Notes: generated from the sequence alone by a model not told the origin. A stretch of 64,000 nucleotides of DNA from Betaproteobacteria bacterium (GCA_031430555.1 JANPBQ010000263.1:650-64649), one strand, 5' to 3'. Shown: positions 1 to 10,025, numbered from the stretch's first letter. Numbers and translations: made by a program.

Positions 1-129
1 AGCGCGCATTGCCGGCGGCGGCTTGATCGGCAATAATTTTTGTCTGTGGAAAGCCCGGCTTGTGCCTCACTATTCGTGTTTTCGGTGCCGAAAAATCGAG
101 CGCACTCACACATTCAGTCTTAAATAGTC

Positions 130-1080
130 GTGGACAAGAAATTTCTCACGACGTTAGAGCGCGCTGCCAAGAACCTCAACATCGGCACCGATTTGGTTTT
201 TGAAGACCCACCAATGAAGCGCGCGTTGCTCAATGACATATTGGTGCCGGTCCCGGAGATTCCGCTATTTCACTACACGTCGCAAGCAGGATTGCTGGGC
301 ATTGTTAAGAATCAGGAAATTTGGGCAACCCATACTCAGTATCTGAATGATCGCCAAGAGTATCGATACGCAAGAGAACTAGCGATTTCGGAAATATCAG
401 TGATGATGGATGAGTACCAAGGCAAAAAGGAATTTGCTCAACTTGATTCGATGCGAAGGAATTTAGACAGCAGTTTGGAGAGTATTAATGTTTGCGTTTG
501 TTCATTTTCAGAGGTAGCAGATTCGCTCTCGCAGTGGCGCGCCTATGGCTCGCCGACAGGCGGTTACGCGATCGGATTTACTGGTCAACATTTAAGAAAG
601 ATTTGCAACCAGCACAATTATTATTTGGTGAAGTGTATTTACGACGAATCCGAACAACATAGATGTATTCGCGCCCTACTTGAGGAAGTGCTGGAACAAC
701 GCATGCAAAGCATGCAGCCAGAAAATACTCTCCCGTTCGGCGGCAGTCTTGGCATATATTTGCATCGATACGCGCCGATTCTGAAGCACTCCGCTTTCCG
801 AGAAGAACGAGAATGGCGAATCATTACAAGGCCGCTTATGTGCAGCGTTGGAATTGATGGATTCGACTATCGCGAAGGGAAATCGATGATCGTTCCCTTT
901 TATCGACTGCCACTAAGATCGCAAAGCGTTGTATTTGATATATCAGAGATCGTCGTTGGTCCAACACCGAATGCTGAACAAGCCTGCCGATCTGTACAGA
1001 GTTTGCTTGTTGCTGCCGGGCTTTCGGGTCAAGCGAAAAATCAAGTAAGGCCCTCTGCGATACCGTTTCGAAATTGGTAG
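130..1080 (+). CDS. DUF2971 family protein
   Basis: 316-aa ORF (GTG at 130; ATG alternative at 214). Motifs FHYTSQAGLLGI..W.T..YLNDRQE, CVCSFSE..SLSQWRAYG and FREEREWRI match my memory of DUF2971. Hand count of four 60-nt lines gives 40-48% G+C versus about 55-60% in neighbouring genes. Confidence 0.7.
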   Translation: MDKKFLTTLERAAKNLNIGTDLVFEDPPMKRALLNDILVPVPEIPLFHYTSQAGLLGIVKNQEIWATHTQYLNDRQEYRYARELAISEISVMMDEYQGKKEFAQLDSMRRNLDSSLESINVCVCSFSEVADSLSQWRAYGSPTGGYAIGFTGQHLRKICNQHNYYLVKCIYDESEQHRCIRALLEEVLEQRMQSMQPENTLPFGGSLGIYLHRYAPILKHSAFREEREWRIITRPLMCSVGIDGFDYREGKSMIVPFYRLPLRSQSVVFDISEIVVGPTPNAEQACRSVQSLLVAAGLSGQAKNQVRPSAIPFRNW

Positions 1081-1144
1081 CTGTCAGGCATCGCAATTTG
1101 CATGTAGCTTTCATCGCTCACCGCGCGCTGAGGAACCTCCCAAT

Positions 1145-4100
1145 ATGCAGGCAGATTTCCTCAACACAAACAAAGAGCATTCTCGGAATTACAAACCAAA
1201 GTTGCTTGCCGCCGTTGGTGCTCTCACACTGTGTATAGCCTGCACGGCCCAGGCACAAGATGCCGAATGGAAGAAACTTGATCGGGAGGCCGAGGCGCTC
1301 TACACTCAGAGATATCACGCCCAAGCCGCAGTTGTTGCGAAACAGGCACTTGACGCCCTAGAGAGGTCGCTCGGCCAAGATCATCCCGACTTGGCCCAAG
1401 GTTTGAACAACCTTGCGCTGCTCTTTTCCAGCCAAGCCCAATACGAACAAGCTGAATCGCTTTTCAAGCGCGCAATCGCAATACGCGAGACGACCCTCGG
1501 CACCACTCATCCCGGCGTTGCCGAGATCCTGGGAAACCTCTCTGATTTGTATAAATCCCAACGACTGTACATACAGGCTGAATTGCTAGACAAGCGCGTT
1601 GTATCGATTCGCGAACGAGCCGTTGGGCCGGATCATCCGGACGTTGCCTGGAGCCTGACAACTCTCGCATCGTTGTACAAATCCCAAGGTATGTACAGTC
1701 AGGCCGTGCCGCTATACCTGCGTGCATTGACGATTATAGAGAATACCCTTGGCCCGGATCATCCCGACGTTGCCTTGAGCTTGGGCCTCCTCGCGTTGCT
1801 CTTCACCGAACAAGGCGAGTATGGACTGGCCGAACCGCTCTACAAGCGCGCGCTTGCGATCAAGGAAAAGGCTCTCGGCGCTGATCATCCGGACGTTGCC
1901 ATGAGCATAAACATGCTCGCGATGACGTATATGAAAACACAAGGGAAGCACGCGCTGGCTGCGCCTCTTTACCAGCGCCTGTTAGCAATCAACGAAAAGG
2001 CCCTCGGCCAAGATCACCCTAGGTTGGCGAATAGCCTAATTAGTCTTGCCGGACTACATGACGATCAAGGACAGTATGCGCTGGCCGAGCCACTCTGGAA
2101 GCGCCTGCTGGCAATCAATGAAAAGGCCCACGGCCCGAACAATCATGAAGTGGCACTGAGTCTGAACAGCCTTGCTTTCCACTATTCCAACCGAGGCCAG
2201 AACGCGCAGGCCAAGCCGCTCTATAAACGTGCGCTGGCAACCATGGAAAAGGCCCTCGGATCGGACCATCTTGATGTTGCATTGATTCTGAATAACCTCT
2301 CGCAGCTATACAGCGACGAAGGCTACTACACGCTGGCCGAGCCGCTCCTAAATCGTTCGCTTGCAATTTGGGAGAAAGCCTTCGGCCCGGAACACTCCAA
2401 TGTAGCCACGAACCTAAATAACCTTGCAGAACTATATCGCAGACAGGGCTGGCTCGCGCGGGCTGAGCCGCTCTTTAAACGAGCACTGATGATCGTGGAG
2501 AAGAGTTTTGGCGCTGACCATCCCAATGTAGCTAAGACCCTGAACAATCTTGCTTTGATATATGCGAGCCAAAAGCAGTACGTGCAGGCGGAGTCGTCAT
2601 TTAAGCGTGCCCTCGCGGTGAATGAAAGAGCGTTTCGATCAGATCATCCTGATGTCGCGCTAGGCCTGAATCAACTTGCGGCCATGTATGAAGATCAAGG
2701 CCGGTACGACCACGCGCTCCCTCTCGCGCGCCGAGCTAGCGCCATTTATCGGCAACGGATCGTAGCCGACGGCACAGGTGATGCAGCGATTCGCGAGGCC
2801 GCACAGAATCGGCTGGGATTCTTAAATCACCTGTCGTTACTTTCCCGCAATCCATTCAAGGAACCTGCCGACAAGATCACCGATGAATCCGTTCAGATCG
2901 TGCAACTCGAACAAGCCTCCGGTACTGCTTCCGCCATCGCCAAAATGGCCGCACGCTTCGCCACGGGCGACGACGCGCTGGCTAGCCTGATCAAGCGCAA
3001 GCAGGATGCCGGCGAGCGTCGATCGAGGAACGAGACGCAACTGGTCAGTGCCGCCAGCAAGCCACCGCAACAGCGCAATGCCGAGAACGAACAACGAGTG
3101 CGCGACGACATCAACAGTGCCGCAAAAGAAATCGAAATTATCGATGCGGAACTGACGCGCCGCTTTCCCGAATATCAGGAACTCACCCGTCCTGAACCCG
3201 TTTCCGTCAGCCAGATTCGTGCGTTGTTGAAGCCAGACGAAGCGATGCTGGTCTATGCGCTTGGCAGCTCCAGTTTTATCTGGGTGGTGAAACCGGACGG
3301 CGCAGTCTTTCAGGCGCTCCAAGTCGATGCGAAGGACATCGCAAAGAAGGTCGCCACGATCCGCGCCGAGATGGAGTTCGATGGGAATGACCGACTCAAA
3401 CGGGTCAGCGTTGGCGTGCTGCATGATCTGTACCAAAGCATATTCGCGCCCGCCTTACCGTACCTTGCGGGAGTAAAGCATGTGATGGTGGTGCCGACCG
3501 GCCCGTTGCAGAGTCTGCCGTTCAGCATGCTGGTCGCGTCGCCCCCGCCGGAGATCAAGAGCGACGCCGACTACCGGAGGGTGGATTGGCTCGTCAAGCA
3601 CTACGCGTTGTCGGTGCTGCCGTCGGTGAGTTCGATTCAGGCCTTTCGGCAATTCACCAAAACGAACACGGCGCAGGAACCGTTTGCCGGATTCGGCGAT
3701 CCACTCATCGGCGGAACAAGCGGCACCACGCGCGGCAATCGCAGCAAGATGAATATCGCCGCAGTATTTCGCAATGCGCGGGTGAAGAACGCCGCGAATG
3801 CAACGCAGGCCACCGAAATTGCCGATGTCGAGGTGATCCGCAACGCACCGCGATTGCCGGAAACCGCTGATGAGCTGCGCGCGATGGCAAAGGCGTTCAA
3901 GTCTGATCAACATTCGCTGTGGCTACAGGAGAATGCGACCGAGACGAAGATCAAGCAACTCGACTTGTCGAAGTACCGGACCCTTGCCTTCGCCACTCAC
4001 GGCCTGATGGCCGGCGAGATCAAAGGAATCGGTGAAGCTGGCCTGATCCTGACGCCACCGCGAGAAGGATCGCTGGAGGACGACGGCTATCTTTCGGCGA

Positions 4101-4477
4101 GCGAAATCGCGAAGCTGAAACTCAACGCGGACTTGGTCGTCTTGTCCGCGTGCAATACCGCCGCCGCAGACGGCACACCGGGCGCGGAGGGATTATCGGG
4201 ACTGGCCAAAGCGTTCTTCTATGCGGGCGCCCGCTCGCTGCTGGTATCGCACTGGCCAGTGGCCTCGGATGCGACGGTGCCGCTTACCACCGGCATGTTG
4301 AAAGAATACGAAGTCAATCCCGCGCAAGGTAAAGCGGAGGCGCATCGCAAGGCAATGCTGGCGGTGATCGACACGCCTGACCATCCGGGATACGCGCATC
4401 CGCTGTTTTGGGCACCGTTTGTGGTGGTGGGCGAAGGCGGTGCGGGAAAGCAGATTGGGGCCGATAAAAACAAATGA
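1145..4477 (+). CDS. secreted TPR-repeat / CHAT-domain (caspase-like) protein
   Basis: 1110-aa ORF with an ATG start preceded by AGGAA. N-terminal Sec-type signal (KPKLLAAVGALTLCIACTAQAQ/D). aa 76-538 form 11 x 42-aa units LGxDHPDVAxSLNNLAxLYxxQGxYxxAEPLYKRAL (TPR_10/12 type). The C-terminal ~400 aa are CHAT-like, with His in FATHGL (codon 3998-4000) and Cys in LSACNT (codon 4151-4153). Confidence 0.85.
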   Translation: MQADFLNTNKEHSRNYKPKLLAAVGALTLCIACTAQAQDAEWKKLDREAEALYTQRYHAQAAVVAKQALDALERSLGQDHPDLAQGLNNLALLFSSQAQYEQAESLFKRAIAIRETTLGTTHPGVAEILGNLSDLYKSQRLYIQAELLDKRVVSIRERAVGPDHPDVAWSLTTLASLYKSQGMYSQAVPLYLRALTIIENTLGPDHPDVALSLGLLALLFTEQGEYGLAEPLYKRALAIKEKALGADHPDVAMSINMLAMTYMKTQGKHALAAPLYQRLLAINEKALGQDHPRLANSLISLAGLHDDQGQYALAEPLWKRLLAINEKAHGPNNHEVALSLNSLAFHYSNRGQNAQAKPLYKRALATMEKALGSDHLDVALILNNLSQLYSDEGYYTLAEPLLNRSLAIWEKAFGPEHSNVATNLNNLAELYRRQGWLARAEPLFKRALMIVEKSFGADHPNVAKTLNNLALIYASQKQYVQAESSFKRALAVNERAFRSDHPDVALGLNQLAAMYEDQGRYDHALPLARRASAIYRQRIVADGTGDAAIREAAQNRLGFLNHLSLLSRNPFKEPADKITDESVQIVQLEQASGTASAIAKMAARFATGDDALASLIKRKQDAGERRSRNETQLVSAASKPPQQRNAENEQRVRDDINSAAKEIEIIDAELTRRFPEYQELTRPEPVSVSQIRALLKPDEAMLVYALGSSSFIWVVKPDGAVFQALQVDAKDIAKKVATIRAEMEFDGNDRLKRVSVGVLHDLYQSIFAPALPYLAGVKHVMVVPTGPLQSLPFSMLVASPPPEIKSDADYRRVDWLVKHYALSVLPSVSSIQAFRQFTKTNTAQEPFAGFGDPLIGGTSGTTRGNRSKMNIAAVFRNARVKNAANATQATEIADVEVIRNAPRLPETADELRAMAKAFKSDQHSLWLQENATETKIKQLDLSKYRTLAFATHGLMAGEIKGIGEAGLILTPPREGSLEDDGYLSASEIAKLKLNADLVVLSACNTAAADGTPGAEGLSGLAKAFFYAGARSLLVSHWPVASDATVPLTTGMLKEYEVNPAQGKAEAHRKAMLAVIDTPDHPGYAHPLFWAPFVVVGEGGAGKQIGADKNK
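1370..2756 (+). repeat. 11 tandem in-frame 126-bp TPR coding repeats
   Basis: The units begin LGQDHPDLA, LGTTHPGVA, VGPDHPDVA, LGPDHPDVA, LGADHPDVA, LGQDHPRLA, HGPNNHEVA, LGSDHLDVA, FGPEHSNVA, FGADHPNVA and FRSDHPDVA, at exact 42-aa spacing. Confidence 0.8.
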
Positions 4478-4520
4478 CGCCTGGCTCTCCTGACAGCAAT
4501 TCTCGAAACGTCAAAAATTC

Positions 4521-4746
4521 GTCACTCGCGGGAATGACGGTCTTTTGGAAATTCCCCAAACAAAAAAACACAAGCACTGGTGCGGCGCTGAAGCCGAAAT
4601 GCTCTGAACGCCGCGCCAAATAGCCTGCCCCGGACTTGATCCGGGGGCGATCTACGTCTACAAAACCCGCGCATCACCCAAAACAATCTCCGGCGTCGTG
4701 CGACGAAAGTCACTGGGTTCCCGCGTGCGCGGGAACGACGGGGTTT
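4521..4746. repeat. cluster of REP-like extragenic palindromes
   Basis: GTCACTCGCGGGAATGAC (4521-4538); hairpin CCCCGGA-CTTGA-TCCGGGG (4628-4646); hairpin GTTCCCGCG-TG-CGCGGGAAC (4727-4746). No credible ORF in this interval. Confidence 0.6.
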
Positions 4747-4776
4747 CTAGGATGCTCCAAACTTGCGTGGTAAAAC

Positions 4777-5262
4777 CTAATCGCGAAAATTGCTGAACTG
4801 CAACGGCACTTCATCGACCTTCAATTTGCACAACGCTATCGCCGCCTGCAAATCATCACGTTTGCCACCCGAAACACGCACGGATTCGCCTTGAATGGAC
4901 GCAGTGACTTTCAGCTTCGCGTCCTTCAAATACTTGACGATTTTTTTTGCGAGTTCAATTTCGATGCCGTTCTTCACATTGATAATTTGCTTGACCTTGT
5001 CGCCGCCGATTTTGGTGCGATCTTTTTCATCGAGCAGACGCACATCCACGCCGCGTTTGGCCATCTTGTTGAGCATCACGTCCTTGACCTGACCGAGCTT
5101 GAAATCGTCGTCGGCAAAAAGTGTGAGTTCGAGTTCTTTTTGTTCGACACGCGCGTCGGAACCTTTGAAATCGAATCGCGTCGACACTTCCTTGTTGGTT
5201 TGCTCGATCGCATTTTTCAGTTCGACTTTGTTGACTTCGGATTCGATATCAAATGAGGGCAT
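4777..5262 (-). CDS. yajQ: YajQ family nucleotide (cyclic-di-GMP)-binding protein
   Basis: 161-aa ORF starting [35 protein letters not shown]; size and N-terminus are typical of UPF0234/YajQ. Confidence 0.9.
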   Translation of the reverse strand: MPSFDIESEVNKVELKNAIEQTNKEVSTRFDFKGSDARVEQKELELTLFADDDFKLGQVKDVMLNKMAKRGVDVRLLDEKDRTKIGGDKVKQIINVKNGIEIELAKKIVKYLKDAKLKVTASIQGESVRVSGGKRDDLQAAIALCKLKVDEVPLQFSNFRD

Positions 5263-5326
5263 ACATCACCTGCGTGCGTTGACCTGCGGTTGGATGGGTT
5301 ATTCTATTTCTCAATCTTTGGTGCTT

Positions 5327-5399
5327 TCATCCTGACCCCAGACTTGATCAGGGGGAAGGATCTTGTCATGACGAGATCCTTCGCTACGCTCAGGATGAC
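5327..5399. repeat. REP-like compound palindrome
   Basis: TCATCCTGA...TCAGGATGA outer arms enclose the hairpin CCCCAGACTTGATCAGGGG (5336-5354) and GGATC..GATCC. It contains the widespread GATCCTTCGCTACGCTCAGGATGAC-type REP core. Confidence 0.6.
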
Positions 5400-5428
5400 A
5401 TTACACTTTTGAAACAGAAGTGGGATTG

Positions 5429-6682
5429 CTACTTCTTGGCGGCGTTCGACTTCGCGCGCTTCGCGGCCTGATTGCCCGCAATGCGCATGCGAAGCGCGTT
5501 CAATTTGATAAATCCGCCCGCATCCGCCTGATTGTACGCGCCGCCGTCATCATCAAAAGTGGAGATGGTTTGATCGAACAGCGAATCGGTTTTCGATTCG
5601 CGGCTGACGACCAGGATGGTGCCTTTGTAGAGCTTCAATTTCACCGTGCCATTCACCGTCGTTTGCGATTCGTCGATCAAGCCTTGCAGCAAAACCCGCT
5701 CGGGCGAAAACCAGTAGCCGTTGTAAATCATCCGACCGTAGCGCGGCATCAGATCATCTTTCAACGCGAGCACTTCGCGATCCATCGTGATCGATTCCAT
5801 CGCGCGATGGCCGCGCAACATGATCGTACCGCCGGGGGTTTCATAGCAACCGCGCGACTTCATCCCGACGTATCGGTTTTCCACCATGTCGAGGCGACCG
5901 ATGCCGTGCTTGCCGCCGATGCGGTTCAATTCCGTCAACACACTCGCGGGCGAGAACTTCTTGCCGTTGATGCCGACAATGTCGCCTTGTTTATAAGTGA
6001 GCTCGATGATCTCGGGTTTGTTCGGCGCTTTTTCGGGGGAAACGGTGATGCGCCACATGCTGTCTTCCGGTTGAAACGCCGGATCTTCGAGAATGCCGCC
6101 TTCGTAAGAAATATGCAGAAGATTCGCATCCATCGAATAAGGCGCACCGCCGCCTTTGCGTTTCTTGAAGTCGACCGGGATTTTGTGTTGGTCTGCGTAC
6201 TTCAACAGTTTTTCGCGCGACAACAGATCCCACTCGCGCCACGGCGCGATGATTTTCACGTTGGGCATCAGCGCGTAGGCACCGAGTTCGAAGCGCACCT
6301 GATCGTTGCCCTTGCCGGTGGCACCGTGCGAGATTGCGTCGGCGCCGGTTTTCCTTGCGATCTCGATCATTTGTTTCGCAATCAACGGGCGTGCAATCGA
6401 GGTGCCGAGCAGATATTCACCCTCGTACACCGTGTTGGCGCGAAACATCGGGAACACGTAATCGCGCACAAATTCTTCGCGCAAATCTTCGATGAAAATG
6501 TTCGATTTCTTGATGCCCATTTTCAGCGCCTTGGCGCGCGCGGGCTCGACTTCTTCACCCTGGCCGATATCGGCGGTAAAGGTCACGACTTCGCATTGAT
6601 AGACATCCTGCAACCACTTGAGGATGACCGAAGTATCCAGGCCGCCCGAATAGGCCAGCACCACCTTTTTTACGTCACTCAT
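5429..6682 (-). CDS. argG: argininosuccinate synthase
   Basis: Starts [24 protein letters not shown] (N-type ATP pyrophosphatase SGGLDTS motif). The ORF stays open to 6700, but the ATG at 6682 fits homologue N-termini. Confidence 0.95.
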   Translation of the reverse strand: MSDVKKVVLAYSGGLDTSVILKWLQDVYQCEVVTFTADIGQGEEVEPARAKALKMGIKKSNIFIEDLREEFVRDYVFPMFRANTVYEGEYLLGTSIARPLIAKQMIEIARKTGADAISHGATGKGNDQVRFELGAYALMPNVKIIAPWREWDLLSREKLLKYADQHKIPVDFKKRKGGGAPYSMDANLLHISYEGGILEDPAFQPEDSMWRITVSPEKAPNKPEIIELTYKQGDIVGINGKKFSPASVLTELNRIGGKHGIGRLDMVENRYVGMKSRGCYETPGGTIMLRGHRAMESITMDREVLALKDDLMPRYGRMIYNGYWFSPERVLLQGLIDESQTTVNGTVKLKLYKGTILVVSRESKTDSLFDQTISTFDDDGGAYNQADAGGFIKLNALRMRIAGNQAAKRAKSNAAKK

Positions 6683-6721
6683 AATCACTTTCAATAGCAA
6701 AAAATTGTTGTCGCACGAAAA

Positions 6722-7636
6722 TCAGGAATCGATGCGCCCCAACAGCAAGAACTCCATCAGCGCCTTCTGCGCATGCAATCGATTTTCGGCCTCTTCCCAA
6801 ACGACGCTCTGCGGCCCTTCCAGCACTTCTTCACTGACCTCTTCACCGCGATGCGCGGGCAGACAGTGCATGAACAGCGCGTCGCGATCCGCGTTCGCCA
6901 TCACCTTGGCGTCGACGATGAAATCGGCGAATGCGGTTTTGCGCGCTGCCGTCTCGGCCTCATATCCCATGCTCGTCCAGACGTCGGTGGTAACGATATG
7001 CGCACCTTTGGCGGCATCCATCGGATCGTTGAATGTCTCCAGATGTTTGGTATCGAGTTTCTCGCCGCGCTGTGATTTCATCTCGTATCCAATTGGCGTG
7101 GCGACATGCAATTTGAAATCGAGCACTCGCGCGGCGTCGAGCCAGGTATAGCTCATATTGTTGGCGTCACCGATCCACGCGACGGTCTTTCCGGTGATCG
7201 ATCCGCGCTGCTCCACAAACGTGAAAATATCCGCGAGTACCTGGCACGGGTGATATTCGTTGGTCAAGCCGTTGATCACTGGTACGCGTGAATGCGCGGC
7301 GAAACGCTCGACTTTTTCCTGCTCGAAAGTGCGGATCATGACCAGATCGACCATGCGTGAAATGACGCGCGCGGTGTCTTCAATTGGCTCGGCGCGGCCG
7401 AGCTGCGTGGACTGCGAATCAAGATTGATCGCCTGCCCGCCGAGTTGATAAATGCCTGCCTCGAACGACACGCGGGTGCGGGTCGAACTCTTCTCGAACT
7501 CCATCGCCAGCATGCGGTCAGTCAGCGGCTGATACGGCACGTAATTCTTGAAACGATGCTTGAGGATTTTCGCGCGCGCGAACAGATGTTCGTGTTCGTC
7601 GCGAGTGAAATCCTTGAATTGCAGAAAATGTCTCAT
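6722..7636 (-). CDS. argF: ornithine carbamoyltransferase
   Basis: 304 aa; STRTRVSFE carbamoyl-phosphate motif, HPCQ, and HCLPAHRGEE ornithine-binding motif. Confidence 0.95.
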   Translation of the reverse strand: MRHFLQFKDFTRDEHEHLFARAKILKHRFKNYVPYQPLTDRMLAMEFEKSSTRTRVSFEAGIYQLGGQAINLDSQSTQLGRAEPIEDTARVISRMVDLVMIRTFEQEKVERFAAHSRVPVINGLTNEYHPCQVLADIFTFVEQRGSITGKTVAWIGDANNMSYTWLDAARVLDFKLHVATPIGYEMKSQRGEKLDTKHLETFNDPMDAAKGAHIVTTDVWTSMGYEAETAARKTAFADFIVDAKVMANADRDALFMHCLPAHRGEEVSEEVLEGPQSVVWEEAENRLHAQKALMEFLLLGRIDS

Positions 7637-7649
7637 GTATTTCCCGAAA

Positions 7650-8858
7650 CTACGCCGCAGCCTTGTTGGCTTGCGACAAGAATGACGCGATTACCGGCAC
7701 TAGTCTCGCAACGATTTCGCGCGCTTCGGTTTCGTTGATGATCAGCGGTGGCAACAATCGGATCACACTGTCCTGCGTCACGTTGGTCATGAGGCCGGAC
7801 TCGAGCGCCATGTTGACGATATCGCCACATGGGCGGTCGAGCTCGATGCCCATCATCAATCCCATGCCGCGAATTTCTTTGACGCCGGCAACGCCGGCGA
7901 GCGCTTTCCGAAATTCCGTTTTCATGATCTCGCCCAACTTGATGGCGTTCGCGATCAAGCCTTCTTCCTCCATGATCTCCAATGTACGCAACGCGGCCAC
8001 CGACACCAACGGCCCTCCGCCAAAGGTGGTGCCATGATTGCCCGGCTTGAACAACTGCGCGGCAACCCCTTTCGCGAGGCACGCACCGATCGGCACGCCC
8101 GAGCCCAGCCCCTTCGCAAGTGGCATCACATCCGGCGTGATGCCGGCCCATTGATGCGCGAACCACTTTCCGGTGCGACCGATGCCGGATTGCACTTCAT
8201 CGATCATCAAGAGCCATTGTTTTTGCGTAGTCAGTTCACGAAGTTCGCGCAGATATTCGGCACGAGCCTGCACGATGCCACCTTCGCCTTGCACCACTTC
8301 GGTCAATACCGCCACCACGTCTTTGTTGTGCTGCGCGATGGCGCGGATCGCTTCGATATCGTCGTAGGGCACGCGGATGAATCCGGTTACCAGCGGCTCG
8401 AAACCGGCCTGCGCTTTGCGCGAACCCGTCGCTGCCAGCGTGGCCAGCGTGCGGCCATGCCAGGCGCGTTCCATGACAATGATTTGCGGGTTCGCGATAC
8501 CGCGCTGATGGCCGTAAAAACGCGCGAGTTTGATCGCGCATTCATTGGCTTCGGCTCCCGAGTTGCCGAAGAACACGTTGTCCATGTCGGCCAATGCGCA
8601 GAGCTTGTCGGCCAATGCAGCCTGCTCGGGAACATTCACCAGATTCGACGTATGAATAATTTTTGCGGCTTGCTCGGCGATGGCTTTGACGAGCTTGGGA
8701 TGCGCGTGTCCCAATCCGGAAACGGCGATGCCTGCCAGTGCGTCGAGCAGCTTGCGGCCATCGGTGGTATAGAGCCACGCGCCTTGGCCGTGCGTGAAGG
8801 CGACGGGAGCCGGTTTGTACGTGTTCATTTGATGCGGGGACTGCATATTCGCCTCCAT
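7650..8858 (-). CDS. argD: acetylornithine (class III PLP) aminotransferase
   Basis: 402 aa; GNSGAEANE and DEVQSGIGRTGK motifs. It lies in an operon-like row with argF and argG. Start is ambiguous (8858, 8846 or 8828). Confidence 0.9.
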   Translation of the reverse strand: MEANMQSPHQMNTYKPAPVAFTHGQGAWLYTTDGRKLLDALAGIAVSGLGHAHPKLVKAIAEQAAKIIHTSNLVNVPEQAALADKLCALADMDNVFFGNSGAEANECAIKLARFYGHQRGIANPQIIVMERAWHGRTLATLAATGSRKAQAGFEPLVTGFIRVPYDDIEAIRAIAQHNKDVVAVLTEVVQGEGGIVQARAEYLRELRELTTQKQWLLMIDEVQSGIGRTGKWFAHQWAGITPDVMPLAKGLGSGVPIGACLAKGVAAQLFKPGNHGTTFGGGPLVSVAALRTLEIMEEEGLIANAIKLGEIMKTEFRKALAGVAGVKEIRGMGLMMGIELDRPCGDIVNMALESGLMTNVTQDSVIRLLPPLIINETEAREIVARLVPVIASFLSQANKAAA

Positions 8859-9232
8859 TCCAATGCGTCGGCGCGCACACTCAGCGCCAAAAATGACAAC
8901 GGCGGCCCGAAATGGTCGTCGGGGGCCGCCGCATCATGTCTATAGGCACAAATATAGGCCAAACGACGTTGCAGTGCAACATCGCGGACGGCGGATAATC
9001 ATGCGAAAAATCAATCAACGAATTGCCGCGCGCGGAATGCAAAGCGGGATTTTTGCGTGAAGATCGGCAATATTCTGACCAAATATTCGAACTGAGCATC
9101 GGCTGTGTCGATATAATTTCACTCTCGTCGATCGCTAGTTCCTTTCCCTTCAAGCGCACGAGCCGACGAGGATGAGCCGATTTATTGCCGCCACCGCGCG
9201 TGGCATTTTCGATACAACAATTTCGTCGCTCA

Positions 9233-9598
9233 ATGCGCTCACTTTCGCCCCCCGTCCATCCTCCCGCACCGCAGCGCATTGTCATCCAAGGCATGACCAT
9301 AAGCGGTCGGGCGTTTCGCCCCAGCGATTGGGCGGAGCGGCTTTGCGGCATCATGTCGACCTTCGGCGGCGACCATCAAATGCGCTATTCGCCGTATGTA
9401 CGGCCAGTGTTGCTTGATGGGGTGCGTTGTGTGGTGGTCGCACTCACGTTGATCGAAATTGAGCCCCGCGCGCACCGTTTCTTGCTCGATTTCGCGAAGG
9501 ACAATGAATTGGTGGTCATCGATCCATCCCAGCCGGCATCGGAGGATTACTGCCCCGTGCCGGGCAGTGCGCTGGAACGAATCGTGGCCACCGGCTGA
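9233..9598 (+). CDS. DUF3579 domain-containing protein
   Basis: The core IVIQGMTISGRAFRPSDWAERLCGIMSTFGGDHQMRYSPYVRPV matches my memory of DUF3579. The ORF opens at 9185 (TTG); I chose the ATG at 9233, so the start is uncertain. Confidence 0.7.
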   Translation: MRSLSPPVHPPAPQRIVIQGMTISGRAFRPSDWAERLCGIMSTFGGDHQMRYSPYVRPVLLDGVRCVVVALTLIEIEPRAHRFLLDFAKDNELVVIDPSQPASEDYCPVPGSALERIVATG

Positions 9599-9628
9599 GG
9601 GGATAACCGGACGCCACCCAAAAGAAAA

Positions 9629-9684
9629 CCGCCAATCTTGATCTTTCGATCACGCCCCGGAGAACTCCGGGACTCGATTGGCGG
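9629..9684. terminator. compound hairpin between convergent DUF3579 gene and rpsT
   Basis: Inner perfect stem CCCGGAG-AA-CTCCGGG (9656-9671) is nested inside CCGCCAATC / GATTGGCGG (9629-9637 and 9676-9684). No strong U-run follows. Confidence 0.45.
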
Positions 9685-9734
9685 TATGTCGTAGGCGGGC
9701 AACTGCGTTGCCCTCTAGATCATGTACGGGTGAC

Positions 9735-10025
9735 TTACGCTTGCGCGGCGGTCTGGCCTTTGGAGCCGAGTGCTTTGATCGCAGCGGAAAGACGGCTCTT
9801 GTGACGAGCAGCCTTGTTTTTGTGAATGATGTTCTTGTCGGCGATCGAATCGATCGTGGACGTGGACGATTTGAAAACCGCCTCGGCTTTGACTTTGTCG
9901 CCGGCAGCGACGGCAGCGGCGACTTTCTTGATGGCCGTACGCAATTCGGTGCGCTGCGACATGTTATGCGCGCGCTGCTTGACTGCTTGACGGGCGCGTT
10001 TAGCTGCTTGTTTGGTATTTGCCAT
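9735..10025 (-). CDS. rpsT: 30S ribosomal protein S20
   Basis: Starts [35 protein letters not shown] from the ATG at 10025. The longer ORF to 10139 is rejected. Confidence 0.95.
   Translation of the reverse strand: MANTKQAAKRARQAVKQRAHNMSQRTELRTAIKKVAAAVAAGDKVKAEAVFKSSTSTIDSIADKNIIHKNKAARHKSRLSAAIKALGSKGQTAAQA

Noticed and set aside
1145-4477. TPR-CHAT protein as a type III-E CRISPR-associated protease (Csx29/Craspase-like).
   Set aside because: The window contains no gRAMP/cas7-11, other cas genes or CRISPR array. The protein also has an N-terminal secretion signal, which is incompatible with a cytoplasmic CRISPR effector partner.
5420-6697. 425-aa ORF on the plus strand, fully antisense to argG. 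Similar long antisense ORFs occur at 8034-8945, 10000-11061, 11298-12380, 12727-13701, 16259-17629, 39781-40725, 49786-50916, 60861-62006 and 62595-63545.
   Set aside because: Each mirrors a well-supported gene on the opposite strand. Their products are Arg/Ala/Gly/His-rich with no recognisable motifs. This is the usual stop-codon-poor antisense frame of GC-rich coding DNA.
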